Position numbers and translations under genes: made by a program. This document shows, piece after piece, positions 9,264 to 18,478 of a stretch of DNA of 64,000 bases (position 1 is the stretch's first letter; every line of letters starts with the position of its first letter). The notes under the pieces were generated by a model. That model did not search any database. It was not told the origin of the DNA and saw only the letters and a program-made list of their open reading frames with translations. Source of the DNA: Bacteroidota bacterium (lineage in GTDB: Bacteria; Bacteroidota; Ignavibacteria; SZUA-365); assembly GCA_014860565.1 (NCBI GenBank), contig JACZJN010000095.1, positions 5,198-69,197 of the forward strand. Direction: 5' to 3'.

Positions 9264-11501
9264 CTACAGCTTCCGCCGCACCAGAGTCTCATTCCCCACC
9301 TTGTCCTTGACGCTGACGCTGAGTTCTCCTCTGCCGAATTCCTTGAAGACGTCGTAGGGGAGGACGAGAAGGCCCCGGCGTTCGTCGAATTCAAGCGGAA
9401 CGATGGCTTTGTCGATGCGGACCACGACGCTTTCCCAGTCCACGCCGGCGATGCTGTCGGTGATGGCGATGCGTACCGGCTCGCGGCTTTTTCCTGCGAT
9501 GTTGACAAGGACGGTGGGAGGAGTATTGTCCTCTGTCAGCGTAAAGGAGCCGAGATACCGTCCGATGCGGGCACCGACGGAATGCGGGAGATTCACATCC
9601 TCATATTTTTTTATTGGCCGCGGGGCGAGAATCAGCGGATGTTTCATGCCCGGATCCGGGGTAATGCTCACCACGGGCCGACCTGCCAACGGCATTTCTT
9701 CCGGTCCGACGGTGTACGTCGTAGACGAATCGCCGCCCTTCTTCTCCACGGTCAGTAACATATCGCGGTAGACATCCGCCGGTGCGAAGCTCATGACGAA
9801 TCGACCGTCTTTCGACCGCACCTGTCCCCCCAGGGTCGCGCTCACATGGAAGGCGCGGAGTTCGTCCGTCCATTCGATTTCCTTTTCCCCCATCCCGTAG
9901 CGAACGATCACCTTCGCATCACCGCCGAAACCGGGCCAGGCGGTGAGTACGGCGCGGTACTCATTCGTGGAAATGGGAATCACAACGCCCTGTTCCTCAC
10001 GCTCACCCTGTACAAGCGAGACAAGCGGTGGATCGCTGAACGGTGCGGCGGTTTTCAGATCGTAGACGATCTGATCAAACAACACCTGGCGTCGCGGATA
10101 GAGTCGCCCGGCCGAACCCCGGAGCGGTCCCGGCGACCATGTCGCGTGAACGGTGCGATTTCCGTAGGCATCCACGGTCACTGCGCGCAGGTCGCTTCCT
10201 CGGAACCGCTTGAGATCCACCTGTACGCCAGCGGCGGATTCGCTCCCCTGCCATTGACGGGCCGTGGTCCACCCTTTCGCACCTTCCTCTTCGAGCAGAA
10301 GCATCGCGCAGTGGCCTTCCGTCTTCATGCTCAGGTCGGTACCCTTGCGTTCATATGTCAGAGCCGCGTCGCCTGCGATCATCACCGTCATCGTAAGGGT
10401 CGATTTGTTTCCCTGCAGATCCTGCGTGACGATGCGCACTTTCTTCTCTCCCGCGCCGAGATGCGCCGCAGAGAACACCCCGGCTATGGGATCTCGCGGC
10501 CAGTAGGTTTCGAGAAGATTGCCTTCCTCGCGAAACAGTTTGCGGAACTCTCCCTTTTTGTCCTTCATCAGCGTGTGGTCGCGATCGATGCGGATATGGA
10601 AGCCGAGAGAATCCTGGATGCGGTTGCTGACGGCGGAGAAAATCTCCTTGCCATCGACGAACAAGGCGATGCGATATGGAGTGGGATAATCGGTGGCCCC
10701 TTCGGCGCGATCGTGCGCACGAAGCATGATGCCCACGCGCCCGCGCAGCACGGGCAGGCCCGCCACCTTCCACGTATCGCGGGCGCCGCTGACATTGTAC
10801 AGGCGCTGGTCGTACTTCTCGTCCACGCTGCTCGCGGCGTCGAGGGGGACAAGCATCAGCTGCTTCATCTCAGGCGGCAGTGAATCGACGGGACGCAGAT
10901 GCTTCGAAAGACCTGGATTCACGGGATTGAACTGCGGATCTCGCACTTCGAAATGCAGGTGTGCGGGTCCCGCCCCCGTGGCACCTGTGAAGGCTATCAC
11001 TTCGCCTTTTTTCACACGGACGGTATCCTGCCCGAATTCGACGTAGCCGTAGGAATGTTTCCCTTTCACAAGACGCGCGCGAAAGGCGTTGAGCACCTTT
11101 GTATTGTAGCGATCGAGATGTGCGTAGCAGGTGTAGTAACCGTCGGGATGACGGAGGACGAGGAACCAGCCGTAGCCGCCTGGTTCGAAATACGCTGCGT
11201 GCAGCCAGCCGTCGCGCGATGCAAAAACCTTGAACCCCGTCTTCCCGCCGGTGCTGACATCGAGGCCCGCATGGAAATGCGTGGATCGGAATTCAGCGAA
11301 ATCAGAGGTGCGGGTCGTGCCCGCATCCGTCGGCCAGAGGTAGTCGTTCCAGTCCGTCGTCTTGGGATCGTAGCGTGCGGCCTCTTTCGACTCGAGCGGA
11401 TCTCCTCCGGGCGTACCGCTGCCGGCGACGCCGTTATGGATGAGGTATCCCGCGGCTCCAAAAACAACAACGAGAAAACTGACCAGCAGTAGTCGAATCA
11501 C
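9264..11501 (-). CDS. M23 family metallopeptidase with a large C-terminal extension
   Basis: N-terminal TM anchor; HxxxD (FHAGLD) and HxH (HLHFEVR) LytM motifs; ~550 aa of unassigned C-terminal sequence. Confidence 0.75.
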   Translation of the reverse strand: MIRLLLVSFLVVVFGAAGYLIHNGVAGSGTPGGDPLESKEAARYDPKTTDWNDYLWPTDAGTTRTSDFAEFRSTHFHAGLDVSTGGKTGFKVFASRDGWLHAAYFEPGGYGWFLVLRHPDGYYTCYAHLDRYNTKVLNAFRARLVKGKHSYGYVEFGQDTVRVKKGEVIAFTGATGAGPAHLHFEVRDPQFNPVNPGLSKHLRPVDSLPPEMKQLMLVPLDAASSVDEKYDQRLYNVSGARDTWKVAGLPVLRGRVGIMLRAHDRAEGATDYPTPYRIALFVDGKEIFSAVSNRIQDSLGFHIRIDRDHTLMKDKKGEFRKLFREEGNLLETYWPRDPIAGVFSAAHLGAGEKKVRIVTQDLQGNKSTLTMTVMIAGDAALTYERKGTDLSMKTEGHCAMLLLEEEGAKGWTTARQWQGSESAAGVQVDLKRFRGSDLRAVTVDAYGNRTVHATWSPGPLRGSAGRLYPRRQVLFDQIVYDLKTAAPFSDPPLVSLVQGEREEQGVVIPISTNEYRAVLTAWPGFGGDAKVIVRYGMGEKEIEWTDELRAFHVSATLGGQVRSKDGRFVMSFAPADVYRDMLLTVEKKGGDSSTTYTVGPEEMPLAGRPVVSITPDPGMKHPLILAPRPIKKYEDVNLPHSVGARIGRYLGSFTLTEDNTPPTVLVNIAGKSREPVRIAITDSIAGVDWESVVVRIDKAIVPLEFDERRGLLVLPYDVFKEFGRGELSVSVKDKVGNETLVRRKL

Positions 11502-11516
11502 GTTCTGCCTGCCTCC

Positions 11517-12176
11517 CTATGCGCCCTGGACCGTGAAGGTCGCCGTGAGTTCGTGCATGTTGAGTTCGAGCCGGTCGCCGGCTGCGAGTGCCGCGACGCC
11601 GTGTGGCGTGCCGGTGTAGATCAGGTCCCCGGGGTGCAGTGTCACGATTCCGCTGATGAATGCGACGATGCGGGGCACGGAGAAAATCATGAGTGAAGTA
11701 TCGCCCTCCTGCCGAAGCTCACCGTTGACGAGCAGGGAGAACCGGAGTGCGGAAAGATCCGGGAAGCGCTGTGTCGGGAGAAAGTCCGAGACACAGGCCG
11801 CGGTTTCAAAGCCCTTGGAGATCGTCCAGGGAAGTCCTTTATCCCGCAGCGCCGTCTGTGTATCGCGCGCGGTGAGATCGAGTCCGACGCCCACTCCGGC
11901 GATATGATGCAGCGCCTGTTCCTCGGGGATATTGCGTCCTTCCCGGCCGACGAGCAGGACTAGTTCCGTTTCGTGATGCACATCGTTGCTGAAAGCGGGC
12001 AGCTCAATCTCGCGATGCTGTGTTATCAGCGATGCCGCGGGTTTGAGAAAGAGCACCGGTTCAGCGTTGACCTCGTTTTCAAGCTCCTGGATGTGTTTGA
12101 TGTAATTGCGTCCGATGCAATAGATCGTACCGACATCGACGCGCGTGTTATCGGGGAGAAGATTGATCTGGGGCAT
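11517..12176 (-). CDS. fumarylacetoacetate hydrolase (FAH) family protein
   Basis: FAH-fold motifs (..GRNY..H..E...EL..VIG..);  start moved to the internal Met MPQINLL. Confidence 0.7.
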   Translation of the reverse strand: MPQINLLPDNTRVDVGTIYCIGRNYIKHIQELENEVNAEPVLFLKPAASLITQHREIELPAFSNDVHHETELVLLVGREGRNIPEEQALHHIAGVGVGLDLTARDTQTALRDKGLPWTISKGFETAACVSDFLPTQRFPDLSALRFSLLVNGELRQEGDTSLMIFSVPRIVAFISGIVTLHPGDLIYTGTPHGVAALAAGDRLELNMHELTATFTVQGA

Positions 12177-12244
12177 ACTCAGGCTCTTGTTGTACTCGGA
12201 TTGAAAAATACGAATATCCGTGCTGATATCATGAAGAGGAACGC

Positions 12245-12277
12245 GGATTACACGGATTGAACGGATTTTCACGGATG
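12245..12277. promoter_or_regulatory. four direct CGGAT(T) repeats at ~9-10 bp period upstream of the FAH gene
   Basis: cggat at 12245, 12254, 12263, 12273. Confidence 0.25.
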
Positions 12278-12280
12278 TAC

Positions 12281-12320
12281 GAAAAGACGAAGGGCACTCT
12301 TGAGAGCGCCCTTCGTCTTT
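12281..12320 (-). terminator. intrinsic terminator downstream of ahcY
   Basis: 11-bp stem agacgaagggc / gcccttcgtct with a U-run on the minus strand. Confidence 0.6.
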
Positions 12321-12390
12321 GTGTTCAATCTGTGTGCATGCGTCCTATCTGTGCAATCCGTGTTCCTCTTCGAGGAAACAGACACCGATA

Positions 12391-13674
12391 TCACGTACCT
12401 GCGCTGTAGTCGTCCATGTAGGCTTTCTGCTCGGCCGAGAGGCGGTCGATCTTCATGCCCATGGTCTGCAGCTTGACGCGCGCGATGTCCTGATCCTGTT
12501 CGACAGGGATGTCGTGCACGGAGATGTCGAGACGCTTGCCTTTCTTCGCGAGCTCCGCGATACGGATCTGCGAAAGGAACTGGTTGGCGAAGGACATATC
12601 CATCACTTCCGAAGGATGTCCTTCGGCGGCGGCGAGGTTGACCAGGCGTCCCTGAGCGAGCAGGTACAGCCGGCGGCCGTTCGACTTGATGATGTATTCT
12701 TCGTTATTCGCACGAATGGTACGCTTGCTCTTGGCGACCTTTTCGAGTTCCGGAATGTTGATCTCGCAATCGTAGTGGCCCGTGTTGCAGATGAGCGCGC
12801 CGTCTTTCATCGAGGAGAAGTGCTTCTCACGGATAACATCCTTCACGCCCGTCGCAGTGATGAACACGTCGCCGATCTTCGCGGCCTGATCCATCGTCAT
12901 GACGGTGTGTCCTTCGAGCGTCGCCTTCAATGCCGCGGTCGGCTTGATTTCGGTGACGATGGTATTGGCGCCCAGTCCTTTCGCGCGGTCGGCGACGCCC
13001 TTGCCGCAGTGGCCGAAGCCGGCGACGACGACGTTCTTTCCTGCGAAGAGGATGCTGCTCGCGCGCATGATGCCGTCGAGGGTCGACTGTCCGGTTCCAT
13101 ACACGTTGTCGAAGTCCCACTTGGTCTCGGCGTCGTTGACGGCGATGACGGGGTACTTGAGTTCGCCCGCATCGGCCATGGCACGAAGGCGATGCACACC
13201 CGTGGTGGTCTCCTCGGTGCCGCCGAGCATGTCGGGGATGAGCTTCTTGTACTTGTTGTGGATCGTGAAGATCAGATCGGCGCCGTCATCGAGCGTGAGG
13301 TTGGGCTTGAAATCCAGTGTGCGTTCGATGGCCCAGTAGAATTCCTTCACGTTCATTCCGTGCCAAGCGTAAATCGAGGTGCCCTTCGCGGCGAGCGCGG
13401 CGGCGACTTCGTCATTGGTCGAGAGCGGGTTGCATCCGCTCCAGCTGACCTGTGCGCCCGCTGCCTTGAGGGTCTCGACGAGCACGGCGGTTTCCTTGGT
13501 CACGTGCAGACAGCCCGCGATACGGAAGCCCTTGAGGGGTTTGGTCTTGCTGTACTTTTCGCGCAGCGCCATCAGCACCGGCATGCGGCTTTCGGCCCAT
13601 TCGATTTTCATGCGGCCTTCGGCTGCGAGGCGAATGTCCTTGACCTTGTAGTTCTTGTTGGTGGCTTTTGCCAT
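12391..13674 (-). CDS. ahcY: adenosylhomocysteinase (S-adenosyl-L-homocysteine hydrolase)
   Basis: full-length match to the AhcY family including the NAD-binding GxGxxG region. Confidence 0.95.
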   Translation of the reverse strand: MAKATNKNYKVKDIRLAAEGRMKIEWAESRMPVLMALREKYSKTKPLKGFRIAGCLHVTKETAVLVETLKAAGAQVSWSGCNPLSTNDEVAAALAAKGTSIYAWHGMNVKEFYWAIERTLDFKPNLTLDDGADLIFTIHNKYKKLIPDMLGGTEETTTGVHRLRAMADAGELKYPVIAVNDAETKWDFDNVYGTGQSTLDGIMRASSILFAGKNVVVAGFGHCGKGVADRAKGLGANTIVTEIKPTAALKATLEGHTVMTMDQAAKIGDVFITATGVKDVIREKHFSSMKDGALICNTGHYDCEINIPELEKVAKSKRTIRANNEEYIIKSNGRRLYLLAQGRLVNLAAAEGHPSEVMDMSFANQFLSQIRIAELAKKGKRLDISVHDIPVEQDQDIARVKLQTMGMKIDRLSAEQKAYMDDYSAGT

Positions 13675-13707
13675 GAGAAAAAAACTCCGTCTATGAAATG
13701 GAAAAGA

Positions 13708-14856
13708 TTACGATAATGCTTTCTTGATGTCCTTCACGAGGTCGAGTTTCTCCCAGGTGAAGTTCTTTTCGTTGCGGCCGAAATGCCCGTATGCGGCGGT
13801 CGCCCGGTAAATCGGACGGCGCAGCTTCAGGCGTTCGATAATGCCGGCGGGCGTCATGTCCACGTTTTTCATCACCCAGCGCTCGATCGCTTCATCGGTC
13901 ACGCCATTCTTCGCACTTCCGTGGGTGTCGATGTGAATGGACACCGGCTTGGCGACACCGATGGCGTAGCCGATCTGTATGGTGCACTCATCCGCGATGC
14001 CCGCCGCGACGATATTCTTGGCGAGGTGGCGCGTGGCATAGGCCGCACTGCGGTCGACCTTGGAGGGATCCTTGCCGGAGAACGCTCCGCCGCCGTGGGG
14101 AGCCCAACCGCCGTAAGTATCGACAATGATCTTGCGTCCGGTAAGTCCCGAATCTCCGTGCGGACCGCCGATCTCGAAGCGACCGGTCGGATTCACATGC
14201 AGCTTCACTTTGCCATGGAGCAGTTCTTTCGGAAACACCTTTGCGATGACATGCTCTTCGACATCCTGCCGAATCTGCTTCTGCGAGACGCCCGGGTCGT
14301 GCTGCGTCGACACCACGATGGTGTGCACGCGCGTTGCCTGGCGACCTTCAAACTCGAAGGTCACCTGCGACTTCGCATCGGGACGCAGATACGGCATCAG
14401 TTTCGAATTGCTTTTCCGTATGTCTGCGAGTGTCTGCACGAGCTTGTGCGAATAGAGAATGGGCATGGGCATGTATTCCGCGGTCGCGTTCGTCGCGTAA
14501 CCGAACATGATCCCCTGATCCCCCGCACCGCCGGTCTTCACACCGCGGAAAATGTCGGGTGACTGCTGGTGGATGTGTGACGCAACGCCGCAGGAATCGG
14601 CGTCGAATCGATATTTTGGATCCGTGTAACCGATTTCACGCACTGTGTTGCGCACGATTTCCTGCACGTCGACATACGCCGACGTCGTAATCTCGCCGCC
14701 CACCAGCACGAAACCCGTGGTGGTAAAGCACTCGCACGCCACGCGCGCATTCGGATCGTCCGTGAGGATGCTGTCGAGCACTGCATCCGATATCTGGTCG
14801 CATACCTTGTCAGGATGCCCTTCGGAAACGGATTCGGAGGTAAAGAGATAGGACAT
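13708..14856 (-). CDS. metK: S-adenosylmethionine synthetase
   Basis: N-terminus [15 protein letters not shown] and MetK motifs throughout. Confidence 0.95.
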   Translation of the reverse strand: MSYLFTSESVSEGHPDKVCDQISDAVLDSILTDDPNARVACECFTTTGFVLVGGEITTSAYVDVQEIVRNTVREIGYTDPKYRFDADSCGVASHIHQQSPDIFRGVKTGGAGDQGIMFGYATNATAEYMPMPILYSHKLVQTLADIRKSNSKLMPYLRPDAKSQVTFEFEGRQATRVHTIVVSTQHDPGVSQKQIRQDVEEHVIAKVFPKELLHGKVKLHVNPTGRFEIGGPHGDSGLTGRKIIVDTYGGWAPHGGGAFSGKDPSKVDRSAAYATRHLAKNIVAAGIADECTIQIGYAIGVAKPVSIHIDTHGSAKNGVTDEAIERWVMKNVDMTPAGIIERLKLRRPIYRATAAYGHFGRNEKNFTWEKLDLVKDIKKALS

Positions 14857-15010
14857 GGATATGGTATCCTATAAGAGTTTGAAAATGTCGTAAAGGTTCC
14901 TTCCGGTGATCCTGCAGCTTACAGGCTCAGTACCGGTCATTTGCTCTCGCTCTCCAAGCAGATTGCGATATTATAGTAAGTTAGCAACAATATTTCAGAA
15001 TTCGAAATCG
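14857..15010 (-). promoter_or_regulatory. metK 5' leader (~150 nt), candidate SAM-responsive riboswitch, unverified
   Basis: long structured leader upstream of metK; I could not match a specific SAM riboswitch consensus by eye. Confidence 0.2.
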
Positions 15011-15038
15011 AATGGTCGACCGCCGAATGCGTGAAGAT

Positions 15039-15056
15039 GGCGCGCCGGAGCGCGCC
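15039..15056. promoter_or_regulatory. 18-bp dyad GGCGCGC-CGGA-GCGCGCC, dispersed copy of the nuoJ-upstream repeat core
   Basis: perfect 7-4-7 palindrome centred ~66 bp upstream of the inferred tRNA-Thr transcription start site (TSS). Confidence 0.45.
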
Positions 15057-15078
15057 GCTCCGGAAGCGCTCCGGCTGC

Positions 15079-15107
15079 CCTTGCAAAATATTCCATTCCG
15101 GTTTATA
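15079..15107 (+). promoter_or_regulatory. sigma70-type promoter TTGCAA-17 bp-TATATT for tRNA-Thr
   Basis: hexamers and 17-bp spacer read directly; -10 ends 10 nt before the mature tRNA 5' end. Confidence 0.6.
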
Positions 15108-15117
15108 TTGTGGTTCT

Positions 15118-15192
15118 CCGCCATCCTAGCTCAGTTGGTAGAGCAGCTCACTCGTAATGAGCAGGTCGTCGGTTCGAGTCCGATGGATGGCT
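15118..15192 (+). tRNA. tRNA-Thr (anticodon CGU)
   Basis: cloverleaf folded by hand: acceptor GCCATCC/GGATGGC, D-arm GCTC...GAGC, anticodon loop CTCGTAA, T-arm GTCGG-TTCGAGT-CCGAT. Confidence 0.85.
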
Positions 15193-15200
15193 CTCCCCCG

Positions 15201-15233
15201 AAAAAACCCGCCTACGCAACGGCGGGTTTTTTC
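15201..15233 (+). terminator. rho-independent terminator after tRNA-Thr
   Basis: cccgcc-tacgcaac-ggcggg followed by T6. Confidence 0.7.
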
Positions 15234-15273
15234 ATTTCCCCCCTCCGACTTTCTCCCGTATTTTGCCGGTACC

Positions 15274-15849
15274 ATGCGCATGCTCATGATCGACAACTTC
15301 GACTCCTTCACCTACAATCTCGTGCAGCTGTTCGCCGCTCTGGGAACGGAGGTGGTGGTCCGGCGCAATGACGCGTCGCTTTCCGATCTTCAGGACATAC
15401 GGCCCGATGCGCTTTGCATCTCGCCCGGACCCGGCACACCGCGCGCGAGCGGGGTGAGCACCGCGGCGCTCGCGCACTGGCACGACCGCATCCCGGTTCT
15501 GGGTGTCTGCCTGGGCATGCAGGTGATCAACGAATTTTTCGGAGGCCGTACCGTTCATGCACCGATGCCGGTGCACGGCAAGGCACATGCAGTGCGGCAC
15601 GACGGAGACGGACTTTTCGCCGGACTCCCCTCCCCCTTCGCGGCCGCACGCTACCATTCACTCGCGGTCGAGCGAACATCGGACGAACTGATCGAATGCG
15701 CGTGGACGGACGATAGGACGATAATGGCCCTCCGGCATCGCACCTTGCCGCTGCATGCGGTGCAGTTCCACCCGGAATCCTTCCTGACGGAACATGGCGT
15801 TTTGATGGCCCGCAATTTTCTCGCTCTCGTGCCGGGAGGAAATGCATGA
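15274..15849 (+). CDS. pabA: aminodeoxychorismate/anthranilate synthase component II (class I glutamine amidotransferase)
   Basis: MIDNFDSFTYNLVQ N-terminus, catalytic Cys in GVCLGMQ, His-Glu near the C-terminus; overlaps the pabB start by 4 nt. Confidence 0.85.
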   Translation: MRMLMIDNFDSFTYNLVQLFAALGTEVVVRRNDASLSDLQDIRPDALCISPGPGTPRASGVSTAALAHWHDRIPVLGVCLGMQVINEFFGGRTVHAPMPVHGKAHAVRHDGDGLFAGLPSPFAAARYHSLAVERTSDELIECAWTDDRTIMALRHRTLPLHAVQFHPESFLTEHGVLMARNFLALVPGGNA

Positions 15850-17351
15850 CCGCCGGGACACAGAAGCTTCACCCCGCCCTCCCGCGCATCAAGGCGGAAA
15901 GCATCGCACTGCCGTCGCGCGCGATCGCGGCCGACGCCCCGAACACTCCCGCATCCTTTGCGAAACGGGCATACGACGCGGCAGCGGGATTACCGTCTGT
16001 CGTGCTGCTCAGCGGAACCGACCATCCCTGCAGCCGGCGCTCCTATGCAGCGCTCAAACCGGCCATGATTTTCGAGTCAAAAAACGGCCGCTGCCGTCTG
16101 CTCAGCGCACGCGGCGCCATGGAATTTGACGCCGATCCATTCGAGACTCTCGGACAGCTGCTCGCACATTGGTGGATCGATGATGCGGAAGTGGGAACGC
16201 CGATCGTCGCCGGATACGTCGCCTACGAAGCGGGACGCGCGATTGAAGTCCTGCCCGGCCGCGCCACGGATGCGCTCGCACTGCCTGACATCTGGATGTG
16301 CTGTCCGACCGAACTGCGCTTGCTGACACACGGAAGCATGCAGGAGGCGCGATTCGAGATTCGATGGAGCGATGAGATCGGCATTCTGCCTCCGCTTTCT
16401 TCCAGGGATAACGGGATGCGATTCTCCGACACCGCGACACCTAGGGTGAACGCGTCGCCTGGCACCACCGGCACCACGCCGGATGCGAAGCGGACCGCGG
16501 ACCGCACTTTCGACCGGGAGAGCTACGCTGCCGCCGTGGAGCGGGTCCGCGCACACATTTACGAAGGTGACGTCTACCAGGTGAACCTTTCACAGCGGTA
16601 CCGCTTCCCCTTGCTCGAAGATGCCTTTTCGCTCTGGCTGAAACTGTTCGGCGAAAACCCTGCTCCCTTCTATGCGTGGATCGATGCGGGAGATCATCAG
16701 ATTCTCTCGACATCGATGGAGCGTTTTTTCCGTATCGACGGGGAACGGATCGAGACGCGTCCGATAAAAGGGACGCGTCCCCGGGGTGCCAATGAGGAAG
16801 AGGCCCAGCGCTTCGCCGCGGAACTTCTCTCCAGCGAAAAAGACGACGCAGAACTTTCGATGATCGTGGATCTCGAACGCAACGATCTCGGGAAAATCTG
16901 CGGTGCCGGCAGTGTTCGGGTGGCCGCGCACAAACAGATCGAGCGCTACGCGAACGTGCAGCATCTCGTATCCGTGGTCGAGGGCACGCTGCTGCCGGGG
17001 ACGGGAATCGCGGAAATATTCCGGGCGCTGTTTCCCGGCGGGTCGATCACGGGCTGTCCGAAAATCCGGGCAATGGAAATCATCGACGCCATCGAAGCGG
17101 AGACGCGTCATGCATATACCGGGAGCATCGGCTTCATCGCAGCCGACGGCAGCGCTGATTTCAACATCGCCATCCGTACCGCGATCGTACGGGACGGCAT
17201 GTGCAATCTTTCCGTAGGCGGCGGGATCGTCTACGATTCCGATCCACTTGAAGAGTATTTCGAAACCCTGCACAAGGGAAGGACCTTTTTCCAGCTCGCT
17301 GGTATCAGCTCGGAACTGGACTCGGGCCTCGCTCCCCTCGCAGGAGCCTGA
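15846..17351 (+). CDS. pabB: aminodeoxychorismate synthase component I
   Basis: chorismate-binding domain motifs (PIKGTRPRG, SMIVDLERNDL, GGSITGCPK, AIRTA); context with pabA and pabC. Confidence 0.8.
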   Translation: MTAGTQKLHPALPRIKAESIALPSRAIAADAPNTPASFAKRAYDAAAGLPSVVLLSGTDHPCSRRSYAALKPAMIFESKNGRCRLLSARGAMEFDADPFETLGQLLAHWWIDDAEVGTPIVAGYVAYEAGRAIEVLPGRATDALALPDIWMCCPTELRLLTHGSMQEARFEIRWSDEIGILPPLSSRDNGMRFSDTATPRVNASPGTTGTTPDAKRTADRTFDRESYAAAVERVRAHIYEGDVYQVNLSQRYRFPLLEDAFSLWLKLFGENPAPFYAWIDAGDHQILSTSMERFFRIDGERIETRPIKGTRPRGANEEEAQRFAAELLSSEKDDAELSMIVDLERNDLGKICGAGSVRVAAHKQIERYANVQHLVSVVEGTLLPGTGIAEIFRALFPGGSITGCPKIRAMEIIDAIEAETRHAYTGSIGFIAADGSADFNIAIRTAIVRDGMCNLSVGGGIVYDSDPLEEYFETLHKGRTFFQLAGISSELDSGLAPLAGA

Positions 17352-17407
17352 CGCCGGTTCCGGTGCAGGTCCCCTGCGAAAGTCGTTCATGCAAAGGAGA
17401 ATCGTTC

Positions 17408-18238
17408 ATGCAGCCACTCGTCTTTCTCAACGATGATTTCATTCCCGCCGTCGACGCGAGGATCTCGGCCTTCGACGCCGGATTCCTTTTCGGCGCCGGC
17501 GTCTTCGAAACGCTGCTTGCGACCGGGGGCAGGCCCTGGTACTTCCACCGGCATCTCGAACGGCTGCGAGCATCCTGCGGCGCACTCGGGATAGAGTTCT
17601 CCGCAAGCGACAGCGCGTTGCGCGGGATCGTCGGCGAACTGCTCTCGCGCAACGGACTCGATGACATCGAAACACGGGTAAAGATTCTCGTCACGCCCGG
17701 CGACACCAGCGTGCACATTTCTCATCGGGGGAGCACGGTGCTCGTGAGCGCGATTCCCTATATCCGTCCGAGCCTGCACATCCCCTGGAAGCTCAGCATG
17801 CCGGGTATTGTCCACGCCTCCTCGATCGCCACGCACAAGACTACCAGTTATCTCGCCTATCGAATGGCGCTGCATGCCGCGCACTCACGGGGCTTCGACG
17901 ACGTGATCCTCTTTGACCGGCATGGGCATGTCGCCGAAACATCCGTGGCTTCGCTGCTCGTGTTTCGCGAAGGACAGCTGCTGCTTCCTGCGTCTCCCGA
18001 CGCACTGCGCGGCATCACGCGCGGGGTAATTGCCGAACTCGTGAGAGAGAATGGGATGGAGGTCGCCGAGGTACCGATGTCGCCGCATGAACTGACCGAG
18101 GGAGGCGCGGTGTGTGTCTGCAACGCCTTGCTGGGACCCTATCCTGTTGCACGGATAAACGAGACGGAGATTCCGACGCTCGATGCGCTGTTCCTCTCAT
18201 CGTTGCGGGAGAGTTGGGAAGCTGCTTCCGGAGCGTAA
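17408..18238 (+). CDS. pabC: aminodeoxychorismate lyase (class IV aminotransferase fold)
   Basis: ~276 aa class-IV fold; ATG 17408 preceded by aaggag; follows pabB. Confidence 0.7.
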   Translation: MQPLVFLNDDFIPAVDARISAFDAGFLFGAGVFETLLATGGRPWYFHRHLERLRASCGALGIEFSASDSALRGIVGELLSRNGLDDIETRVKILVTPGDTSVHISHRGSTVLVSAIPYIRPSLHIPWKLSMPGIVHASSIATHKTTSYLAYRMALHAAHSRGFDDVILFDRHGHVAETSVASLLVFREGQLLLPASPDALRGITRGVIAELVRENGMEVAEVPMSPHELTEGGAVCVCNALLGPYPVARINETEIPTLDALFLSSLRESWEAASGA

Positions 18239-18240
18239 TA

Positions 18241-18400
18241 CAAGATGGCGCGCTGGAGCGCGCCGCTCCAGGGGACGTCCGCGCTTCGTGCCGGCGGCCA
18301 GGGGAAGATGGCGCGCTGGAGCGCGCCGCTCCAGAGGACGTCCGCGCTTCGTGCCAGCGGCCGGGGGAAAATGGCGCGCTGGAGCGCGCCGTCGATACCG
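18241..18400. repeat. 63-bp tandem repeat x ~2.6, each copy carrying the 18-bp dyad GGCGCGC-TGGA-GCGCGCC overlapping a second 8-3-8 hairpin ctggagcg-cgc-cgctccag
   Basis: dyads at 18247-18264, 18310-18327, 18373-18390 (exact 63-bp spacing); flanks aagatgg.../...gctccag conserved; third copy has lost the second hairpin. Confidence 0.8.
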
Positions 18401-18407
18401 GACTTGT

Positions 18408-18436
18408 TTGTAACAAACGGCGTGCTGGGCTATATT
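18408..18436 (+). promoter_or_regulatory. sigma70-type promoter TTGTAA-17 bp-TATATT for the nuoJ operon
   Basis: hexamers and spacer read directly; ~35-nt leader to the nuoJ GTG start, with ggaga RBS. Confidence 0.55.
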
Positions 18437-18478
18437 CGTATGATTACGAGCTGATTCCCATTCTTTATCGGAGAAATT

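Noticed and set aside
15012-15371. 119-aa ORF spanning the tRNA-Thr gene
   Set aside because: It overlaps a confidently folded tRNA and its terminator; spurious.
18241-18400. Possible CRISPR array (30-nt repeat + 33-nt 'spacer')
   Set aside because: The 'spacers' are near-identical between copies (ggggacgtccgcgcttcgtgccRgcggccRggg), so this is a simple 63-bp tandem duplication, not repeat plus unique spacers; no cas genes.
18245-18454. 69-aa ORF translating the 63-bp tandem repeat as MARWSAPLQ.TSALRA x3
   Set aside because: Periodic translation of a non-coding repeat (63 bp = 21 codons); no RBS; the region carries promoter-upstream dyad elements.
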